Shown: piece after piece, positions 31,085 through 36,353 of the stretch
Numbering within the stretch: position 1 is the first letter of the stretch
How the letters are laid out: every line of letters starts with the position of its first letter
NCBI GenBank assembly: GCA_043742365.1
Contig: JAYTYM010000016.1
Location: forward strand, 1-36,353
Direction of reading: 5' to 3'
Length of the DNA: 36,353 nt
From: a bacterium
GTDB taxonomy: Bacteria; Patescibacteriota; Minisyncoccia; Phycocordibacterales; UBA6899
Notes under the pieces: generated by a model
Seen by the model: only the letters and a program-made list of their open reading frames with translations
Database searches by the model: none
Told to the model about the DNA's origin: nothing
Translations under genes and position numbers: made by a program

Positions 31085-32023
31085 CTATTGCCGACGTTTG
31101 TCGTGAAACTGTTTATGAATGTCCCTGAGTTTGCTATCGGTCACATGTGTATAGATCTGTGTGGTTGCAATATTTGCATGTCCGAGCAATGCCTGCACCG
31201 AGCGCAGGTCAGCACCATTTTCAAGAAGGTCTGTGGCAAAGCTGTGGCGAATAACATGAGGAGTAACCTTTTTAGAAATACCTGCTTTAACTGCGTAATG
31301 TTTCACGAGGCGTTCCACAGATCGCGGCGTCAGTCGCAGATCTCCCTTTTTGGTCGCAAGAGTTTTTACTCCACCTCGACCGATCTGAATGAATAACGCA
31401 CTATCTACATCTGTCCTTTTGTTTAAGTACAGTTTGAGTGCGTTCTTGGCTGTCTCTGACAAAAAAACCACGCGTACTTTTTCGCCTTTTCCACGTACGG
31501 AAAATTGATCACGCGTCAGGTCAAGGTCGCGTGGAAGTCCACACAACTCTGAGACACGCAGTCCAGTTGAAAAGAAAAGCTCAAGTATGGCGCGGTCTCT
31601 AAGTGCAGGAAGCATCTCTCCTTGTGGGGCATTCAATAGTCGCGTCAGGTCTTGAGACGAAATAAGGTCGAGTTCTCGCTCTGATGCTTTCGCGAGCTCA
31701 ATACGTTCAGGCGACATGACCGAAACCCCTTCGCGCGAAAGATATTTGAGAAATGCGCGCAGGGCAATAAGGTAGTAATTCTGGGTGCGCTTCTTCAGCG
31801 TATCTGATGCAATGCCACGCTTAGAAACGCGTGCATTCTGGCGATTAAGCCACAGTCGATACTCACGCACTATTTCAAGAGTTATTTTCTCTGGGTCCGT
31901 GAGTTTCGTGTGTTCGATGAATCGAGAAAGATAGTGATCATAATTAATGACGGTTTTAAGGCTTCTGCCTTTTTCGATCTCGATGTATTCAAGAAAGCGT
32001 CTTTTCCATTCAATGAGATTCAT
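31085..32023 (-). CDS. Tyrosine site-specific recombinase, XerC/XerD-like
   Basis: N-terminal SAM-like domain. C-terminal catalytic motifs: LRVSEL (Arg), HVIRHSFAT, LLGHANIATTQIYTHV (Tyr). Confidence 0.9.
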   Translation of the reverse strand: MNLIEWKRRFLEYIEIEKGRSLKTVINYDHYLSRFIEHTKLTDPEKITLEIVREYRLWLNRQNARVSKRGIASDTLKKRTQNYYLIALRAFLKYLSREGVSVMSPERIELAKASERELDLISSQDLTRLLNAPQGEMLPALRDRAILELFFSTGLRVSELCGLPRDLDLTRDQFSVRGKGEKVRVVFLSETAKNALKLYLNKRTDVDSALFIQIGRGGVKTLATKKGDLRLTPRSVERLVKHYAVKAGISKKVTPHVIRHSFATDLLENGADLRSVQALLGHANIATTQIYTHVTDSKLRDIHKQFHDKRRQ

Positions 32024-32120
32024 GTGTCTATTATATGCGGTGTGTTCTTGTGTGCATAATGGTCATAAGTGCATTGAAAAAATAAAGTGGTAGTGCTACG
32101 ATGAGAGCATCACACTACTT

Positions 32121-32321
32121 ATGAGCGAAGGATACTCACTTGAAGGATTTAGCGGGGTGGAGTCTGCAGATGCAGACATACTCGAAGCATATGCTGACAC
32201 CAAGCTTGGCTTTGAACCTACACCCGATACCGTAACTATTGATTCTCCTGAGGCGGTTGCAGCATTCAAGCGCGAGCACGGAGTCGATCTCTCAGCGTAT
32301 CTCGAGAATAATCAAAACTAG
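32121..32321 (+). CDS. Small acidic hypothetical protein (66 aa)
   Basis: ORF only. No domain recognised. Confidence 0.5.
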   Translation: MSEGYSLEGFSGVESADADILEAYADTKLGFEPTPDTVTIDSPEAVAAFKREHGVDLSAYLENNQN

Positions 32322-32322
32322 C

Positions 32323-32574
32323 ATGCCCATCCCAAGTTTCAGTGACACACTTGATGGAACGCTTGGTCTTGGAATAACCATCATTCATGATGGAGATATT
32401 TTTTCTTCTGATGACGACTCATCTCGCGGTCTTGATATGAACATGATGAATGCCGAACTAAAACAAAACTCAAAACTCGATGACATAGAGTTCATGGATG
32501 CCGAGGCACCAAAAGAGGACATTTCTTTCAAGCAATTCCTCAAATCCAAGCAAAGTGGTCATTTGTCTTCATAA
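32323..32574 (+). CDS. Small acidic hypothetical protein (83 aa)
   Basis: Start set at MPIPSFSD, 1 nt after the preceding stop. No domain recognised. Confidence 0.5.
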   Translation: MPIPSFSDTLDGTLGLGITIIHDGDIFSSDDDSSRGLDMNMMNAELKQNSKLDDIEFMDAEAPKEDISFKQFLKSKQSGHLSS

Positions 32575-32633
32575 AAGGCGCTGAATTTAATCAGCACTTG
32601 CATTTTAGAGAGGAACGTGCTACGCTACGATTC

Positions 32634-32897
32634 ATGCTAACAGTCAAGAAAAAAGGTGTCATCATTGCGAAGAACCAGCGTCACGATAGTGACACGGGAT
32701 CTCCGGAAGTGCAGGTCGCGATCTTGAGCCAAAAGATCAATGAGCTCGCAGCGCATTTAAAGGACAACAAGAAAGACAACCACTCGCGCCGTGGACTATT
32801 GAAGATGGTTTCTGATCGTCGTGCGCACCTCAAGTATTTGAAAAAGAAGAGCGAGCCAAAATATAACGCGCTCGTAAAAAAACTCGGTATTAAATAA
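32634..32897 (+). CDS. rpsO: 30S ribosomal protein S15
   Basis: DTGSPEVQVAILSQKINELAAHLK..DNHSRRGLLKMVSDRR signature. Start set at MLTVKKKG. Confidence 0.95.
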   Translation: MLTVKKKGVIIAKNQRHDSDTGSPEVQVAILSQKINELAAHLKDNKKDNHSRRGLLKMVSDRRAHLKYLKKKSEPKYNALVKKLGIK

Positions 32898-32901
32898 ACA
32901 A

Positions 32902-32930
32902 CAATAATGCGCGATAACCGCGCATTATTG
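32902..32930 (+). terminator. Intrinsic terminator/attenuator after rpsO
   Basis: CAAUAAUGCGCG-AUAAC-CGCGCAUUAUUG, 12 bp. Confidence 0.7.
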
Positions 32931-33106
32931 ATTTCTCTCTTTCTTTCGTTTTCATTTCGATTGCCAGAATGGTTTTTAGATACTTCCTATTTTCAACTGT
33001 TCGCACATTTTTATAAAGTTTGTAATATTTTGAACGTTGTTCAACTAGTCTGGCCTCGAGCGCTACTTGCGTTCGACCTTGATAGAGTGGAACGTTCTCC
33101 CATTTT

Positions 33107-33688
33107 ATGCCAGTTATTAAACACATGGACCAGCGCGTCGGTCTTTTTATAGATGCGCAAAACCTCTATCACAGCGCAAAACATCTCTATGATGATGCGC
33201 GTGTCAATTTTGCAAACATTCTCCACGATACGGTAGCAGACCGAAAGCTTATTCGTGCGATGGCATACGTCATTTCGACAAAAACCGGAGAAGAGTCTGC
33301 CTTTTTTGATGCCCTTGGAAAGATCGGTATTGAAACTCGCTCAAAGGAATTGCAGGAATTCTGGGGGGGAGCTAAAAAGGCCGACTGGGACGTTGGTCTT
33401 GCTGTGGATGCCATCACCCTTGCACCTAAGCTTGATGCGGTCATTATTGCTTCAGGCGATGGAGATTTTGTACCCCTGGTGCAGTATTTGCAGATAAACA
33501 TGGGTACCCAAGTTGAAGTTGTGGCTTTCGGAAAATCTGCCTCGTCGAAATTACGCGAGGCGGCAGATGAATTCTTTGATCTGTCTGATCATCCAGAAAA
33601 ATACCTCATAGGATTCAAGGAAAAAAGACGGTCTCGTGGTGACGACGGAGAGGGGAGAAGTACGACCCGACGCGCAGTTTCACTTTAA
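33107..33688 (+). CDS. NYN-domain (LabA-like) predicted ribonuclease
   Basis: VGLFIDAQNLYHSA, DWDVGLAVDAI, IIASGDGDFVPLV motifs. Basic C-terminal tail. Confidence 0.85.
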   Translation: MPVIKHMDQRVGLFIDAQNLYHSAKHLYDDARVNFANILHDTVADRKLIRAMAYVISTKTGEESAFFDALGKIGIETRSKELQEFWGGAKKADWDVGLAVDAITLAPKLDAVIIASGDGDFVPLVQYLQINMGTQVEVVAFGKSASSKLREAADEFFDLSDHPEKYLIGFKEKRRSRGDDGEGRSTTRRAVSL

Positions 33689-33713
33689 TAGACACCACTT
33701 ATAGTGCGCATTC

Positions 33714-33869
33714 ATGAGGCTTTTGTTTTGCCTTATTTTTGCTATAGTTGCCTCATTACTCATGTGGCCTCCAGATCATCGAATTGAACAGGGTAGCCTG
33801 AATTCAATACGAGAATCTGGATACCACTCGGCAATGACTGCGTTAGGCAATAAATTAGGCTTAAGTTGA
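33714..33869 (+). CDS. Candidate small membrane protein (51 aa) in the pnp leader region
   Basis: ATG at 33714 to TGA at 33867-33869. Hydrophobic N-terminus RLLFCLIFAIVASLLMW. Below the ORF-track length cut-off. Confidence 0.3.
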   Translation: MRLLFCLIFAIVASLLMWPPDHRIEQGSLNSIRESGYHSAMTALGNKLGLS

Positions 33870-33891
33870 GTTGTTGTCATAAATAATTCTT

Positions 33892-36033
33892 ATGCATAAA
33901 GAATCATATGAAGTTGAAATAGGAGGGAAAAAGTTGATTGCGGAGTTTAATGATCTTGCAGATCAGGCACATGGTTCAGTCATGATCCGCTATGGAAACA
34001 CGACCATCCTTGCGACGACCGTAATGTCGAGCAAAAAGCGCGAAGGCGGGGACTTCTTTCCACTTACGGTTGACTACGAGGAGCGCTTTTATGCAGCAGG
34101 TCAAATATTAGGTAGCCGCTTCATGCGCCGTGAGGGGAGACCATCAGATGCTGCTGTTCTTTCAGGCCGCATTATCGATCGCACCATCCGTCCGCTTTTT
34201 GATGGACGCATTCGCTTTGACGTTCAGGTGGTCATCACGGTGCTTTCTATTGGCGACAATGAGCCAGATATCTTAGCCGTCAATGGCGCCTCGCTTGCGC
34301 TTGCCACCTCTGATATTCCTTTTGAAGGTCCAGTATCTGCAATACGCGTTGCAAGACAAAACGGTAAATGGGTCACCCTGCCCTCATTTAAAGGAGAAGA
34401 GGGGATGGAGATAGTCGAAGGAGACTGTGAACTCGTTGTATGTGGAAAGGATGGCAATGTGAACATGATAGAGATGGGTGGCAAAGAGATTCCTGAAGAA
34501 GCGGTTATGGAAGGTCTCGCATATGCAAGTAGCGAGATTGAAAAATTACAGACATTTCAAAAGGAAGTTGTGACAAAGCGCGGCAAAGCAAAGCGCACAA
34601 TCGTGCTCGAGGATGTAGGCGAAGACATCAAAGCCCTCTTTAGAGATAAGATAGCACCAAAGCTCGAAGCGACGATATTCTTTGAAGCAGGGCGTGCACG
34701 CGAGTATGCATTACTTGAAGAATGGATGACCTGCGTCAAAGAAGTAGAGGGTATGAACGAAAAGCTTGCCGAGCAATATTTCGATGATCAGGTGAACGAC
34801 ATCCTGCACTCAAAGGCAATCAATGAGAATAAGCGCCCAGACGGACGCGGCTTTGATGATGTCCGCCCACTTTTTGCGCAAGCCGGAGAAGTATCTCCAG
34901 TACTCCATGGTACGGGCATCTTTTATCGCGGAGGTACACATGTTCTCTCAGTGCTGACTCTTGGCGGACCACAAGACTCGCAGATAATAGAGGGGATGGA
35001 AGTGCAGGGAAAGAAGCGCTATATGCATCATTACAACTTTCCTCCTTTTTCTTCGGGTGAAACCGGCAGAATGGGTGGGATGAATCGCCGCGCAATAGGT
35101 CATGGCGCGCTCGCAGAAAAGGCACTTGTTCCAGTACTTCCTGCGAAAGAGTCATTTCCTTACACCATCCGTATCGTCTCAGAATCGATGGCGTCAAATG
35201 GTTCTACCTCGATGGCGTCAGTCTGTGGCTCTACGCTCGCGCTTATGGATGCAGGTGTGCCCATCACTGAGCCCGTCGCCGGTATCGCATCCGGACTTAT
35301 GATGGAGTCTGCAACCAAATATAAGGTACTCACCGATATTCAAGGGCCTGAAGACCATCATGGTGACATGGACTTCAAAGTTGCAGGCACGCGAAATGGC
35401 GTTACCGCAATACAGATGGATGTGAAGGTCGGGGGCATCCCACTTCCCATTCTTAAAGAAGCATTCGATAAGGCAAAAGCTGCGCGCATCACTATCCTTG
35501 CGACAATGAAAGCCGCAATTGCTTCGCCTCGCGCTGACATCTCCCCATCGGCCCCAAAAATCGTGGTCATCAAAATAAAGCCTGATCAGATAGGCATGGT
35601 CATAGGCTCGGGCGGCAAAACAGTGAATGAAATCCGAGAACAGTCAGGTGCTGAGATCGACATCGAGGACGACGGCACCGTATTCTGCACTGGTAAGAAT
35701 GGCGCCGCCGAAAAAGCGCGTGACATCATCGCAGAAATGACACATGAATATGTTGCAGGTGAAATGTTTAAGGGTGTCGTTACTCGACTGATGGACTTTG
35801 GCGCATTCGTGCGCATCGGACATAGCGCAGAGGGCCTCGTGCATGTTTCTGAGGTCGCCTCATTTCGGGTTGAGCGCGTCGCTGATTACATAAAGGAAGG
35901 TATGGAAGTCCCTGTCGTCGTCAAAGAAGTCGACGAAAAAGGCCGTATAAATCTTTCGATTAAACGCGCCGACAAAGACTTCATTAAGCCAAATGAGCGT
36001 GACGCCAAATTAATCTCTGGCGGAAAAGTATAA
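33892..36033 (+). CDS. pnp: Polyribonucleotide nucleotidyltransferase (PNPase)
   Basis: Two RNase PH domains, a KH domain (IGSGGKTVNEI) and an S1 domain (GVVTRLMDFGAFV). Confidence 0.96.
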   Translation: MHKESYEVEIGGKKLIAEFNDLADQAHGSVMIRYGNTTILATTVMSSKKREGGDFFPLTVDYEERFYAAGQILGSRFMRREGRPSDAAVLSGRIIDRTIRPLFDGRIRFDVQVVITVLSIGDNEPDILAVNGASLALATSDIPFEGPVSAIRVARQNGKWVTLPSFKGEEGMEIVEGDCELVVCGKDGNVNMIEMGGKEIPEEAVMEGLAYASSEIEKLQTFQKEVVTKRGKAKRTIVLEDVGEDIKALFRDKIAPKLEATIFFEAGRAREYALLEEWMTCVKEVEGMNEKLAEQYFDDQVNDILHSKAINENKRPDGRGFDDVRPLFAQAGEVSPVLHGTGIFYRGGTHVLSVLTLGGPQDSQIIEGMEVQGKKRYMHHYNFPPFSSGETGRMGGMNRRAIGHGALAEKALVPVLPAKESFPYTIRIVSESMASNGSTSMASVCGSTLALMDAGVPITEPVAGIASGLMMESATKYKVLTDIQGPEDHHGDMDFKVAGTRNGVTAIQMDVKVGGIPLPILKEAFDKAKAARITILATMKAAIASPRADISPSAPKIVVIKIKPDQIGMVIGSGGKTVNEIREQSGAEIDIEDDGTVFCTGKNGAAEKARDIIAEMTHEYVAGEMFKGVVTRLMDFGAFVRIGHSAEGLVHVSEVASFRVERVADYIKEGMEVPVVVKEVDEKGRINLSIKRADKDFIKPNERDAKLISGGKV

Positions 36034-36047
36034 TCACGCGAGGACTG

Positions 36048-36086
36048 CCCTCAAAGAATCCCATGGGATTTCTTTGGGGGTTTTTC
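36048..36086 (+). terminator. Intrinsic terminator after pnp
   Basis: CCCUCAAAGAAUCC-CAU-GGGAUUUCUUUGGGGG followed by UUUUU. Confidence 0.75.
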
Positions 36087-36114
36087 TTTTGAGAACGATG
36101 CTATAATAAATTTG

Positions 36115-36353
36115 ATGAAGGAAATATCCTACGACAGCTCAAGGTTTGATAAAGAGAACGAGGAGCGAAGCAAGAAGCAACCTCAGAGCAGGGGAAGTTC
36201 AAGGGCGCCTAGCGTACGCACTTTCCGCGCGGATGTCGAGGGAATGATGCAAGAAAAAGGTGTCACAAAAAACGCAATCACAATGGCCGAGGCTGCGCGG
36301 CGCGAGTCGCGCGGGGAGAGTCGCTTTCCCGTCGAAGAAGAGGCATCGCATCT
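36115..36353 (+). CDS. Partial ORF (5' end only), basic/acidic low-complexity hypothetical protein
   Basis: ATG at 36115 preceded by TATAAT at 36101. The frame stays open to the window end (MKEISYDSSRFDKENEERSKK..). Confidence 0.4.
   Translation, partial: MKEISYDSSRFDKENEERSKKQPQSRGSSRAPSVRTFRADVEGMMQEKGVTKNAITMAEAARRESRGESRFPVEEEASH

Noticed and set aside
27307-32023. Integrated mobile element bounded by the tRNA-Arg 3'-end repeat and carrying the tyrosine recombinase
   Set aside because: The second repeat copy is only 114 nt from the first. The intervening genes up to the recombinase are housekeeping (cca, xth). The recombinase has Xer-type features. No distal att copy is visible in the window.
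403-36033. Many antisense or out-of-frame ORFs nested in well-supported genes (for example 403..723, 2592..3017, 4459..5094, 8774..9508, 14812..15135, 19882..20172, 21091..21537, 24938..25339, 28213..28521, 30824..31396, 34820..35197)
   Set aside because: Each lies inside a gene with clear family motifs on another frame or strand. Their translations are low-complexity, as is typical of shadow ORFs.
1-36353. Alternative genetic code (UGA recoding, as in some CPR lineages)
   Set aside because: Well-conserved genes terminate cleanly at TGA, TAA and TAG. No in-frame TGA interrupts recognisable domains.

Overview
This is a 36.4-kb bacterial chromosomal segment using the standard genetic code (TGA, TAA and TAG all act as stops). 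Genes are short and tightly packed, and Shine-Dalgarno signals are weak. That style fits a small-genome, Patescibacteria/CPR-like organism, but the assignment is inference only.

Most of the window is housekeeping:
- pilB-type T4P/T2S ATPase, nusA, ppa
- a trigger factor that lacks its PPIase domain
- a C26 glutamine amidotransferase, clpP, rny, hup, msrB
- phosphomannomutase, nth, yraN
- a CCA-adding enzyme, xth, a Xer-like tyrosine recombinase
- rpsO, a NYN-domain gene, and pnp

There is also a compact chemosensory operon, cheW-cheY-cheB-cheA-cheC-cheD. No MCP or cheR is present anywhere in the window.

The most unusual content is RNA-level. Four canonical tRNA genes (Gly-UCC, Pro-UGG, Gly-GCC, Arg-UCG) are each embedded in or followed by structured tRNA-derived 'shadow' elements:
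- promoter-proximal tRNA 5'-half mimics
- acceptor/T-arm minihelix-like RNAs whose T-loop is masked by an exact antisense copy and which carry 60-100 nt structured inserts
- recurrent sequence modules with compensatory base changes between copies
- long perfect hairpins separating the units

I could not match these to any RNA family I know.

All calls were made by eye from the sequence and the ORF track. No searches, alignment tools or folding programs were run.
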